DNA from: Eledone cirrhosa
Taxonomy: Eukaryota
DNA length: 64,000 nucleotides
Assembly: GCA_964016885.1 (NCBI GenBank)
Contig: OZ024750.1
Location: 54,746,001 to 54,810,000 of the forward strand
Reading direction: 5' to 3'
Both the position numbers and the translations under genes were made by a program. This document shows positions 50,151-61,690 of the stretch, one piece after another. Within the stretch, counting starts at the first letter, position 1; every line of letters begins with the position of its first letter. The notes beneath the pieces were generated by a model. The model was not told the origin of the DNA. It searched no databases and saw only the letters and a list, made by a program, of their open reading frames with translations.

Positions 50151-51543
50151 CATCATCATAGTTTTATGTCCGTTTTTCAATCCTGCTATGGGTTGGTTGT
50201 TCCTTTTAAGCACATCTCCCCACTCGCTTGTTCCTTCGTCATCTGTGAGTCTCAGCAATTTGAGATCAGCTCTCACCACGTCTACCCTCGGCTTCCTCTA
50301 GTATGGCTTCCCTTCTTTGGTTTTCCGTGGCACTTCTTTAACCAGTTATTACCAATTATTTCCTCATTTTATCCAAGCTCTGCCTTCCTCTCATATTTAC
50401 GTTGCACACCCAACGATGCATGGTTGCCCCATTTCTCTCCAGCTTATGCATGTCTTCTGCAGTTACTGCCCATGTTTCACTTCCATGCAGTATTGCACTT
50501 TACACACAGGCATTGTACAGCCAACATCTTTGTACGTAGGGAGAAACCTGTATTTGCCAACAGTGGAAGTAGCTCTCTAAACTTCAATCCTATCCTCTCT
50601 TACGAAGCACCCTCCTCCGTTGCTAATTAGGTTACCTAGATAGCGGAAGCTATCATTGTGTACATGCCTTCTCCTTTCCTACATATGCAGTAGGGTCACT
50701 TATTCTCTAGTTCTTTTATGGATTCAGCTATATGGACCAGATCATTCACATAGACTGTTTCCCGCGAACAGCCAGTCTTAAACCCATTGGTTATGGCCTG
50801 GAGAACTATGGAGAACAGCAGTGGGTTGTGAACTGAACCATGATGAACACCTACCTGTACATTGAATTCCTCACTAAATTTCGTTCCTACTCTCACTTTA
50901 CTGACAGCTTCTCTGTACATGGCTTGCACTGCTCTCACAAGCCATTCTCCACCTAATTTTCTGAAGGACCACCAGATAATAGAGTAAGGTACTCTGTCAA
51001 AGGCCTTTTCTAGATCTAGGATCTTCTCTTGTAGTTGTGTCACTATCAACTTTCATCAGTAATTCCAAAGAGAATGTCAATTATGTGTGTGTGTGTTGAA
51101 CAATGAACATAAAACAAAAGTCTAAGATTGCTCCTTAATTTATTCTCTACATTCATCAATCTCTCATAGTAACATTTCCAGGCCTCTTTCTTTTGAGCAT
51201 AAGTGGTGCTAAGTGTACCAGTGTCATTTCTAACACACCTTTCCCTGTCTTGCAATGTGGAACACTTCACACCTCTGATTCTCATGTCTCAAGACGTTGG
51301 CAAACTTTCTTTTTTCAGCCTCTCTCTGTGTTATGTATACCTGTCTTCTAGTTTCTCTCTTAGCTACCTGGTCCTGGTCTGACGCCCCAAACTGCATCCT
51401 ATCTAAATTGACCCTTTCTCTAATCAGCTAATATTCTCTCTGCCACTTTCATAACCTGATCCATCAGCTTTATGCCCCTATAATTGCTCCTCTCTAGAGC
51501 ATCCTCTTTACCTTTGTAGCAATTTATGAGAATACTGCTGTAC
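50151..51543 (-). mobile_element. Degenerate, rearranged RTE RT fragments
   Basis: DLEKAFDRVP, VGVHHGS and FKTGC on the minus strand; (CAT)n tail at 50151. Confidence 0.8.
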
Positions 51544-51582
51544 CTACATTATATGCTTTCATTATACTATTCTACTTGATGA

Positions 51583-51762
51583 ATTGGCAGTATGGGTAGA
51601 GGGTCGGACGCCATGCTTTCTAGCATAGTTACGTCCCTTTACAGTCTGAGTTCAAATCCCGCCGAGGTTAACTTTGCCTTTCATCCTTACGGGGTCGATA
51701 AAATAATGTACCAGTAATGTACTGAGTAATTGCTGGCCTTGTGCCTAAAGTAGAAACAATTA
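51583..51762 (+). mobile_element. SINE (family of 18333-18522)
   Basis: Near full-length match including the A and B boxes. Confidence 0.82.
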
Positions 51763-52293
51763 TATATATTGCTTGTCATCATCATCATCGGTTAACGTCT
51801 ACCTTCCACGCTGGCATGGGTTTAGACGGGAATTGTCCCACTGGAAGCAAGACTGGTTGGGCGACGGTATCTCACTTGTATAGGACTAGATGGCAGGTTT
51901 TCTATGGCTGGATATCCTTCCTAACACCAACCACGTTTACAGTGTGGACTAGGAGGTTTTTACCATGTTACCTACACAGCCATATTACAGCGTGGACTGT
52001 GTTTTTTTTTGTTGTGACACCTACACGACCTCATTTATTTAGGACTGGATGTTGTGGTACCAACATAACTTTACAGAGAAAGGTTGGTGTTGATGGGGGT
52101 GGGGTGGAGTAGGGGTAGTGGAATGAGGTGTATATTTGGTGAAGAGGTGCCTACTGACTGTAGATTTCGCTTTGTACATAGGCAAGGCGGGTCTTCTGTA
52201 TTACTGAGAAGCGCCAAAGATCTCGGTCCAGTGACATTGTCGTAATGTATATATATATACATATACACACAATTATATATATCTATATATATA

Positions 52294-53767
52294 TTCTCAG
52301 TATTCTCATAAATTGCTACAAAGGTAAAGAGGATGCTCTGGAGAGGAGCAATTATAGGGGTATAAAACTGATGGATCAGGTTATGAAAGTGTCAGAAAGG
52401 ATATTAGCACAACTAATTAGAGAAAGGGTCAAACTTGATGAAATGCAGTTTGGTTTTGTGCCTGGGAAAAGTACAACAGATGCCCTCTTCTTAGTGAGGA
52501 AACTATAAGAGAGGTTCTTAGAGAAGAATAAGCCACTATACTTATCTTTGGTTGACCTAGAGAAAGCCTTTGATAGGGTACCCCGATCTGTCATCTGGTG
52601 GTCACTAAGGAAACTAGGTGTTGAGGAATGGCTTGTGAGGACAGTGCAAACTATGTACAGAGGTTCTGTCAGTAAAGTCAGGGTAGGAATGGAGTTTAGT
52701 GAGGAATTCCAGATACAAGTAGGTGTACACCAATGTTCGGTCATTCAGCCCACTCTTATTCATTATAGGCCTCCAAGCCATAACAGAGGAGTTTAAGACT
52801 GGCTGTCCATGGGAACTTCTCTATGCTGACGATCTGGTTCTTATAGCAGAATCAGTAGAGGAGCTAGAGAATATATTCTGGCTATGGAAACAGCAGTTGG
52901 AAGCAAGAGGACTGAGGGTGAACCTAGCTAAGACAAAAGTGTTGATGAGTAGAAAAGAGGACAAAACTCTGATTTCGTCAGGGAAATGGCCATGTTTGAT
53001 ATGCAGAAAAGGAACTGGCATAAATTCTATAAAATGCACACAATGCAGATCCTGAGTACACAAGAGAGTTGTAGCGGGATAACAGGCAAACTAACAGATA
53101 AGGAGAAATATGCAGTAGATGTACAGAGAAATTAGACAGAAGTCGCATTGATAGACACATTTTTCAAATGCAGGAGGGTGCTATAGAAGTGGTGGATAGC
53201 TTCCGGTACCTAGGAGATCAGATTAGCATGGGAGGAGGGTGGTCCAAGGCCATAGTATCTAGAATAAGGACGAGTTGGAAGAAGTTTAGGGAGCTGCTTC
53301 CTCTGCTGACGAAGAAGGATTCTCCCTGCGTACGAAAGGCTGGTTGTATGATGCCTGTGTGAGGAGCATGATGCTGCATGGGCAGCAACTGCAGAGGATA
53401 TACGACGGCTGGAGTGAAATGAGGCAAGCATGCTCCGTTGGATGTGCATGAACGTGTAAATGTGCGTGAACGACCCAGCATGAATGTGTTGAGAGAGAAC
53501 TGTGTCTAAAAGGGATAGAATGTAGTGTACGGGAGAGGAGGCTGAGGTGGTATGGAAATGAGATGCCAGGAAATGCCAGTTGAAGGAAGACGTGGTAGAG
53601 GTCGACCACGAAAAACATGGGCGGAGGTGGTGAGATCAGACCTCAGATCGTTGAAGCTCACGGTGGAGATGACGAAGGACCGTGACAAGTGGAGAGATGC
53701 TGTGCTGAATAAGACCCGTCCCACCCTTGCAAGCAGGGAAGAGCAGACGTAAATTGATGATGATGAT
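52294..53767 (+). mobile_element. 5'-truncated RTE LINE (RT to tail)
   Basis: High identity to 2054-2109 plus 7753-9171; YADD, PHD-like segment and (TGA)n tail. Confidence 0.92.
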
Positions 53768-54010
53768 ATGTGTGTGCGTGTTAAACTGTTTGTAAACACG
53801 CATTATTCAACCTGCCCTTTGTTTTGAGGAAAAGCCTTTAGTAAGTTGCAGTGGTAGTAGCATCCTGAACCTTTTCTATTCCATGTTCACTCAGGCTGCT
53901 CTACTTTCAGAACACCCCCTCCAATGTTGATATCATCACCCAGGTAACAGAAGCTGTCTACCTCTTCTATGTGACCCTCCAACAGTTTGTTAGAGCTTGT
54001 TTCCTGTGAA

Positions 54011-54220
54011 GGCGTGTGGCTGAGTGGTTAGAGAATTGGATTCGCAATCATGAGGTTGTGAGTTCGATTCACTGACCAGGTGATGTGTTATGTCCTTGAG
54101 CAAGACATTTTATTTCACATTGCTCCTTCCACCTGGAGTTGCGACTGAAAGATAGTATTAGCAATTGGAAAGACCAATGGAAACATTGTTTCCTCGGTCC
54201 GATTTGACGAAAGTCAATCG
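54011..54220 (+). mobile_element. tRNA-headed SINE with CORE-like domain
   Basis: A-box TGGCTGAGTGG, B-box GAGTTCGATT, tgtccttgagcaagaca. Inverted copy at 57929-58131. Confidence 0.78.
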
Positions 54221-55022
54221 TTGCTTCCTGTGAATGTTTGCTGCTTACTGCTCCTGTGCAATGGCCTCATGTAAAACCTATATTCTTAGCTAACCTACCT
54301 GAGATCCCACTACATCTCTCATGTACCCATTGTTTGTATTTTGGACAGAGAATGGATTTTCTACCTACACCTTTCTAGCACACTGAGCAAGGCCATTTTT
54401 CTGAGGGGATCAGGACCCTGTTTTCCCTTCTACTGATACTTGGCTGGCTAACCCAGACATAGTCCTAAACAAATGAAACACTGGTGGAGTCGTAGGGGTA
54501 CACTAAGTGACATACAGTATTTCTCGGGCATATTTTAATCCCTGATGGAGCCCATCACCTCTCTCGTTTGACATGTCACCAGGAGAGGAGATAATAGCTA
54601 TATTAGAAAGTGCTATCAGAATGAATTTTTCACTAAACTGCCATAGAGCAGACGTCTCTAGAGATAGAAGAATAACATTTATAGAGCATGCTGGAATACC
54701 ACTGTTTGCATTGGAGAGAATTACTCTGGACAGGAAAGTTGATATCTACAGTTTACCAATATAGAAATATAAAATTTCCACTGTTAAATCTATCTCTGCT
54801 TCTTAAGTATTCTGTATTATCTCATACTGTTTCTTTTTATTTCAGAATACCAGATGACATTGGGATAAATTATTATTTTCAATCTCGGATACATCACCTC
54901 TATTTATCATCATTTGAAGACTATTAACTGAAATCACAGTTGAGGGAAATATTGAAGATATATTTTTTAGGAATATAATCTAAAAAATATTACAAGTATA
55001 TTCTGTTGTCGATAAAATTATT

Positions 55023-56282
55023 ATGGAAAATAAATTGAGTGAAACACAATCGAAAATGTTTAGTATTCCTGGTGAGATGGCAAAGGTTGGAGAAGAGAAG
55101 CCATATCACTGCAATATCTGTGGTAAATCATTCAATAAACGTAGTACCTTAACTACTCACAAAGTTACACATACAGGAGATAAGCCATATCACTGTGATA
55201 TCTGTGGTAAAACATTCCCTCAAAATAGTAACTTAACTAGCCACAAACATATACATACAGGAGACAAGCCATATCACTGTGATATCTGTGGTAAATCATT
55301 CTCTCAAAATAGTAACTTAACTAGCCACAAACATATACATACAGGAGACAAGCCATATCACTGTGATATCTGTGGTAAATCATTCTCTCAAAGTAATGCC
55401 TTAACTAGCCACAAACGTACCCATACAGGAGACAAGCCATATCACTGTGATATCTGTGGTAAATCATTCTCTGTAAGTGGTCACTTAACTAGACACAATC
55501 GTATACATACAGGAGACAAGCCATATCACTGTGATATCTGTGGTAAATCATTCTCTCAAAGTAATGCCTTAACTACCCACAAACGTACCCATACAAGAGA
55601 CAAGCCATATCACTGTGATATCTGTGGTAAATCATTCTCTGATGGTAGTACCTTAACTAGACACAAACGTATACATACAGGAGACAAGCCATATAACTGT
55701 GATATCTGTGGTAAATCATTCTCTGAAAGTAATGCCTTAACTAGCCACAAACGTATGCATACAGGAGACACGCCATACCACTGTGATATCTGTGGTAAAT
55801 CATTCTCTCAAAGTAGTCAGTTAGCGAGACACATACGTACCCATACAGGAGACAAGCCATATCACTGTGATATCTGTGGTAAATCATTCTCTGAAAGTAA
55901 TGCCTTAACTAGCCACAAACGTATACATACAGGAGAGAAGCCATATCACTGTGATATCTGTGGTAAATCATTCTCTCAAAGTAGTCACTTAACGAGACAC
56001 AAACGTACCCATACAGGAGAAAAGTCATATCACTGTGATATCTGTGGTAAATCATTCTCTGAACGTAATACCTTAACAAAACACAAACGTATACATACAG
56101 GACACAAGCCATATCACTGTGATATCTGTGGTAAATCATTCTCTGTAAGTGGTCATTTAACTAGCCACAAATGTACCCATACAGGAGACAAGCCATATCA
56201 CTGTGATATCTGTGGTATATCATTCTCTGGGGAAAGTAGCCTAACTTCTCACAATCTCATACATGCAGAGGAGAAATATTAA
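55023..56282 (+). CDS. Tandem C2H2 zinc-finger protein B, 14 intact fingers, 419 aa
   Basis: ATG-to-stop ORF of a 27-aa leader plus 14 x 28-aa fingers. Candidate acceptor ends at 54845; AATAAA near 56993. Confidence 0.92.
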   Translation: MENKLSETQSKMFSIPGEMAKVGEEKPYHCNICGKSFNKRSTLTTHKVTHTGDKPYHCDICGKTFPQNSNLTSHKHIHTGDKPYHCDICGKSFSQNSNLTSHKHIHTGDKPYHCDICGKSFSQSNALTSHKRTHTGDKPYHCDICGKSFSVSGHLTRHNRIHTGDKPYHCDICGKSFSQSNALTTHKRTHTRDKPYHCDICGKSFSDGSTLTRHKRIHTGDKPYNCDICGKSFSESNALTSHKRMHTGDTPYHCDICGKSFSQSSQLARHIRTHTGDKPYHCDICGKSFSESNALTSHKRIHTGEKPYHCDICGKSFSQSSHLTRHKRTHTGEKSYHCDICGKSFSERNTLTKHKRIHTGHKPYHCDICGKSFSVSGHLTSHKCTHTGDKPYHCDICGISFSGESSLTSHNLIHAEEKY

Positions 56283-56900
56283 CGCATTGACATCAGTGAT
56301 AAATCCTCTCAAAATTGTGAATTAATGAGAATACAAATATATATCAGTGTAATATCTGTGGTAAATCATTCTCTTTCAATGCTGCATTAACTTCACACAA
56401 ACATATACAGGTGGGAAGCAATATCACTTTGAAATGTTTGGAAAATATATATTTTAATGCAGCAATTTAACTAAATATATGCATAGATGAGGGAAACCAT
56501 ATCATCATCATCATCATCAGTTTACGTCCGCTTTTCCCTGCATGCAAGGGTGGGATGGGTCCTATTCAGCAAAGCATCTCTCCACTTGTCGCGGTCCTTC
56601 GTCATCTCCACCGTGAGCTTCAAACGTCTGCTCTCGCCACCTCCACCCATGTAAATCATTTTCTAATTTTGGTTTCACTAAACACTAACATACAGGAGAG
56701 GAACCATATCACTGTGATGTCTGTGGTAAATCCTTCTCTATATGTTGTGTCTTCACTACACACTAACATACAGGAGAGGAACCATATCACTGTGATGTCT
56801 GAGGTAAATCATTCTCTAAATGTTGTGGCTTCCCTACACACTAACATATACAGGAGAGGAACCATATCACTGTGATGTCTGTGATAAATAATTCTCTTGT
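56283..56900 (+). repeat. Decayed zinc-finger units downstream of the ZNF-B stop
   Basis: Paralogous to 32260-32945. Confidence 0.8.
56501..56650 (-). mobile_element. Short RTE 3'-end insertion in the ZNF-B 3' region
   Basis: (CAT)n plus tttacgtccgcttttccctgc; absent from the ZNF-A paralog. Confidence 0.8.
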
Positions 56901-57219
56901 AAAGGTTACTTGATGCAACACAAACACAATCAGACAAGATAAAAACCATGTCACTCACCTAAAATAGTGCCACCAATGTTGTTAATATCTTGAATAAAAC
57001 TGTTTTACTAAGAAATTATTCTCCTTTCATTTTATTTGTAGATGTTTTAACCAAGACTTGTGCTGACAAAACTGTATTGTTCAGAATTAACATATGTTAT
57101 ATATGTGAATGTATGTGTGTAGAAATTTGTGTCCATGTATATGTTTGTATCTGTGTTTATATATAAGTATGTGCATATCTGTATTTGATTTATTTATTAT
57201 GTATGTGTGTATTTGTACG

Positions 57220-57670
57220 TCATCTTCATTAACATCATCACTGTTTTTATGTTCGTTTTTCCATGCTTCCTTGGGTTGGACATGTCCTTCTCAACATGGC
57301 ATCTTTCAACTTGTCGTGTTCCTTTGTCATCACCTCTGTGAGAGTCAGTTATTTGAAGTCTGTTCACACAGCCTCTGTCCAGGTCTTTTTTGGTCTACCT
57401 CTACTATGGCTTCCTTCTACTGGGATGTCCTGGCACTTCTTCACCCAGCTGACATTATCCATGTGTATCACATGTCCATACCAATGCAGTCTTCTCTCTT
57501 ACACATCTCTTAAGATCCCTCTTAAACCCAGCTTCTCCCTCAACTTGTCCAAGCTCTGCCTTTCTCTCACACTTAAATGGCACATCCAATGAATCATGGT
57601 TGCTTCATTTCTCACCAGTCTACACCTTTTTTTCTGCTGTCATAGCCCTTGTTTCACTACCATGCAGCAT
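57220..57670 (-). mobile_element. Old RTE 3' fragment (paralog of 33222-33713)
   Basis: Collinear with 33222-33660. Confidence 0.75.
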
Positions 57671-57928
57671 CATATTTTATTGGCAGGTGTTATACAGTCA
57701 CCCTCCACTGATAATTAAGTCACAGAAGCTATCAACCACTTCTATGTGTGTATAATTACTTGTGTATCTTTATGGGTCTGTGTATATATGTGTATACATC
57801 TGCATAGATTTGCAGTATATGATACAGCCAGGAGAATATCTCATATTATCTGGGTCCTTCTAGCAGATCCAGCAAGTGACACATATATATATATATGTAT
57901 AATATATATATATACATATGTTGCCAGT

Positions 57929-58131
57929 CGATCGACTTTCGTCAAATTGGACCGAAGCAACAATGTTTCCATTGGTCTTTCCAATTGCTAATACTATCTA
58001 TTGGTCACAACTCCAGGTAGAAGGAGCAACATGAAATAAAGTGTCTTGCTCAAGGACATAACACATCACCCGGTCCGAGAATTGAACTCACAACCTTTCA
58101 ATTACAAGCCCAATGCTCTAACCACTAAGCC
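57929..58131 (-). mobile_element. SINE, inverted copy of 54011-54220
   Basis: Shares head, core and the tail gatagtattagcaattggaaagaccaatggaaacattg...tttgacgaaagtc. Confidence 0.8.
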
Positions 58132-58152
58132 ATATATATTATATATATATTA

Positions 58153-58271
58153 CTAGCCGAATGTCCCGGAGATCTCCTCAAAACACTCTCAGGACTATAA
58201 GTATTAAAGTTTGAAAACAATCGGTTGGGTGGTTCTTGAGTTTTAGGCATTCTCTATTTTAGATATATAGA
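58153..58271 (-). mobile_element. Tiny Helitron-like remnant inside (TA)n
   Basis: The minus strand begins A|TCTATATATCTAAAA and ends ccgggacattcggCTAG|T. Confidence 0.4.
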
Positions 58272-58295
58272 TATATATATTATATTATAGCTATA

Positions 58296-58327
<32 letters not shown>

Positions 58328-58374
58328 GTTATATATATATATATCACATATATATATAAAAGAGATTATATATA

Positions 58375-58586
58375 TATCAACCCACACTATAAAGTGGACA
58401 TGTAGGCACCAAGGAAGAAAAGTATCCAGCACTCACTGTAAATAAGGTTGGTGTTAGGAAGTGAATCCAGCTGTAGAAATCAAGCCAAAATCAGTTCCCG
58501 TATGAGCAAGACAAGGTCAGCCAACAGGACAACCCGTCTAACCCATTCTAGCATAGAAGAACGGACGTAAAACCGTGATGATGATG
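58375..58586 (+). mobile_element. Bipartite RTE-derived short element; direct repeat of 61013-61235
   Basis: Same start (tcaacc.acactataaagtggacatgtaggcacc) and ggacgtaaaa..(TGA)n tail. Confidence 0.75.
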
Positions 58587-58608
58587 ATACATATATATAT
58601 ATATATAT

Positions 58609-59884
58609 CATCATCATCATTTTACGTCCGCTTTTCCCTGCTTGCAAGGGTGGGACGGGTCTTATTCAGCACAGCATCTCTCCACTCGTCACGGTCCTTC
58701 GTCATCTCCACCGTGAGCTTCAATGATCTGAGGTCTGTTCTCACCACCCCCGCCCATGTTTTTCGTGGTCTACCTCTACCACGTCTTCCTTCAACTGGCA
58801 CTTCTTCACCCATCGGTCATCCTCCATGCGCATCACATGTCCATACCACCTTAGTCTCCTCTCCCGTACACTACATTCTATCCCTCTCAGACAGAGTTTC
58901 TCTCTCAACAGATTTATGCTGGGTCGTTCAAGCACATTTACACTGCACATCCAACAGAGCATGCTTGCCTCGTTACTCTCCAGCCGTCGCATAGCCTCTG
59001 CAGTTGCTGCCCATGTCTCACTACCATGCAGCCTCGCGCTCCTCACACAGGCATCATTCAACCGGCCTTTCGTATGCAGGGAGAAACCCTTCTTCGTCAG
59101 CAGAGGAAGCAGATTCTTAAACTTCTTCCAACCCATCCTTATTCTAGATACTATGGCCTCGGAACACCCTCATCCCATAATCTGATCTCCTAGGTACCGG
59201 AAGCTATCCACCACTTCTATAGCGCCCTCCTGCATTTGAAAAATGTGTCTATCAATGGGACTTCTACTGTCTAATTTCCCTGTACATCTACTGCATACAT
59301 ATTTCTCCCTATCTGTTAGTTTGCCTGCTATCCCGCTACATCTCTTGTGTACCCAGGATCTGCATTGTGTACATTTTATAGAATTTATGCCAGTTCCTAT
59401 TCTGCATAGAGAAGTTCCCATGGACAGCCAGTCTTAAACTCCGCTGTTATGGCTTGGAGGACTATAATGAATAAGAGCAGGCTGAGGACCGAACCTTGAT
59501 GTACTCCTACTTGTATCTGGAATTCCTCACTAAACTCCATTCCTACCCTGACTTTACTGACAGCACCTCTGTACATAGTTTGCACTGTCCTCACAATCCA
59601 TTCCTCAACACCTAGTTTCCTTAGGGACCACCAGATGACAGATTGGGGTACCCTATCAAAGGCTAAGTACAGTGACTTATTCTTCTCTAAGAACCTCTCT
59701 TGCAATTGTCTCACCAAGAAGAGGGCATCTGTTGTACTCTTCCCAGGCACAAAACCAAACTGCATCTCATCTAGTTTGACCCTTTCTCTAATTAGTTGTG
59801 CTAATATCCTTTCTGCCACTTTCATAACCCGATCCATCAGTTTTATACCCCTATAATTGCTCCTCTCCAGAGCATCCCCTTTTT
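58609..59884 (-). mobile_element. 5'-truncated RTE LINE with internal deletion
   Basis: Reverse complement of 52330-53767; jumps from WELLYA directly to KGTGINS near 59405. Confidence 0.92.
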
Positions 59885-59923
59885 ATATATATATATATAT
59901 TATATATTATATATGTATATATA

Positions 59924-60590
59924 CAGGGTGCGGACGATAATTATTCGCAAGATTACTGTCTAGGAAAGAATAACACAGTAGTTTTGTTTTTTAAGATTTA
60001 TTTATCAAACTTGGGTCAGTTTGTCTTCATGACTTGTTCTTTCAATCTCACTCGATAACCCTGCCATTGGCTTTGATGACGGCCTCGAAACCGGCTAAAG
60101 GCCTTCGCCACTGTCCCCTGACTTAGGCCCCTAAAGGCACTTGTGATCCTGGCCTTCAGGTCGTCTTTCGTATTGCAACTAGATCTGTTGGTGTCTCGTT
60201 CCACTGCGCCCCACACAGAAGTCGAGAGGATTGCAGTCAGACTAGCTGGGAGGCCAGATGTCGGGGGAGGTGAGGTCGAGGAAGTTCTCTGACAGCCAGG
60301 CTTGGATCTTTCGGCTGGTATGGCAGGGCGCTGAGTCTTGCTGCCACACGTATGGCCTACCTGCAGCTACCTGGTCGATCCAGGGCTTTACTACCTCGCT
60401 CAGAACGCGAATGTAGCCATCGGTGTTCAGCTTGAGACCCTCAGGGAAGAAGTCAGGTGGCATTACGTCACCTTGACTGCTGACGACACCTAAGACCAAT
60501 GTTGTTGCTGGAAACTTTATCTGCATGACTCTGGGCACGTGTTTGAATGAGACAGCGAGCCACCTGTTGTTCTGGGAGTTGATCTTCTGG
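59924..60590 (-). mobile_element. Tc1/mariner maT (DD37D) transposase remnant with one terminus
   Basis: WQQDSAPCH...WPPS*SDCNPLD has exactly 37 residues between the 2nd and 3rd Asp; the terminus is TA|CAGGGTG at 59922-59930. Confidence 0.85.
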
Positions 60591-60621
60591 CCTTATTTGT
60601 CCTCCCGGCGCTGATTCCAAG

Positions 60622-60808
60622 AAAAACACTAGATCATAGAGATATAGATTTTTGTGAGGTTCTGCCGACTTATCCACACATATAGCTCTGATACTGAATC
60701 AGTCTAATCCATTCGGATAGTTCTGTTGCAGTTATTCATAGAGCAACATCGGATGAGGTTGTCGGCAGAACCTCACAAAACTCTATATCTCTATGATCTA
60801 GTGTTTTT
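60622..60808. mobile_element. 187-bp foldback/MITE with 48-bp inverted arms
   Basis: 60622-60669 versus 60761-60808, 47/48 complementary; no clear TSD. Confidence 0.75.
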
Positions 60809-61012
60809 GCATAATATTCCACGAAACTACGTAGTCGGGGACTGAAGAACCAGCTAGGTATGATATATCTTATTACTAATTATATCTAATGTTTCTTCTC
60901 TCTTCATAATGTACTATATGTTATTATATATATATATGTTATATATATATTATATTATATATATATATATGTTATATATATTATATATAATATATATATA
61001 TATTATATATAT

Positions 61013-61235
61013 ATCAACCAACACTATAAAGTGGACATGTAGGCACCACGGAAGAAAAGTACCCAGCACTCACTGTAAATGAGGTTGGTGTTAGGAAGGG
61101 CAGCCAGCTGTAGAAATCAAGCCAGAATCAGTTCCCGTATGAGCAACACAAGGTCAGCCCACCAGACACTGCCCACACAGGACAACCCGTCTAACCCATG
61201 CTAGCATAGAAGAATGGACGTAAAACAGTGATGAT
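61013..61235 (+). mobile_element. Bipartite RTE-derived short element
   Basis: Direct repeat of 58375-58586. Confidence 0.75.
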
Positions 61236-61267
61236 ACACATATATATATATATATATAAATACATAT

Positions 61268-61599
61268 CATCATCATCATCATTTCATTTTACGTCCGCTT
61301 TTTCCCTGCTTGCAAGGGTGGGACGAGAACTGATTCTGGCTTGATTTCTACAGCTGGATGCCCTTCCTAACACCAACCTCATTTACAGTGAGTGCTGGGT
61401 GCTTTTTTGCCGTGGCACCTCCACGACCACTTTGCAGTGGAATGATAGGGACCCCAGTCCCTATCATCTCATTTCTACAGCTGAGTAAACTGGAGCAATG
61501 TGAAATAAAGTGTCTTGCTCAAGGAAACAACACATCACCCGGTCTGAGAATTGAACTCACAACCTTTCGATTGCTCTAACCACTAAGCCATGTGCCTCC
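61268..61599 (-). mobile_element. Full-length SINE: tRNA head, CORE-like domain, RTE 5'UTR-like segment and RTE 3' tail
   Basis: Head TGGCTTAGTGG..GAGTTCAATTC; tail cgtcccacccttgcaagcaggga..gcggacgtaaaatg matches 9107-9145. Confidence 0.8.
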
Positions 61600-61658
61600 A
61601 TATATATATATATATATATAATATATAATAATGTGTGTGTGTGTGTGTATTCTCCTTT

Positions 61659-61690
<32 letters not shown>

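Noticed and set aside
54011-54075. tRNA genes at A/B-box sequences (also 18333, 51583, 61530)
   Set aside because: No cloverleaf; they continue into SINE bodies.
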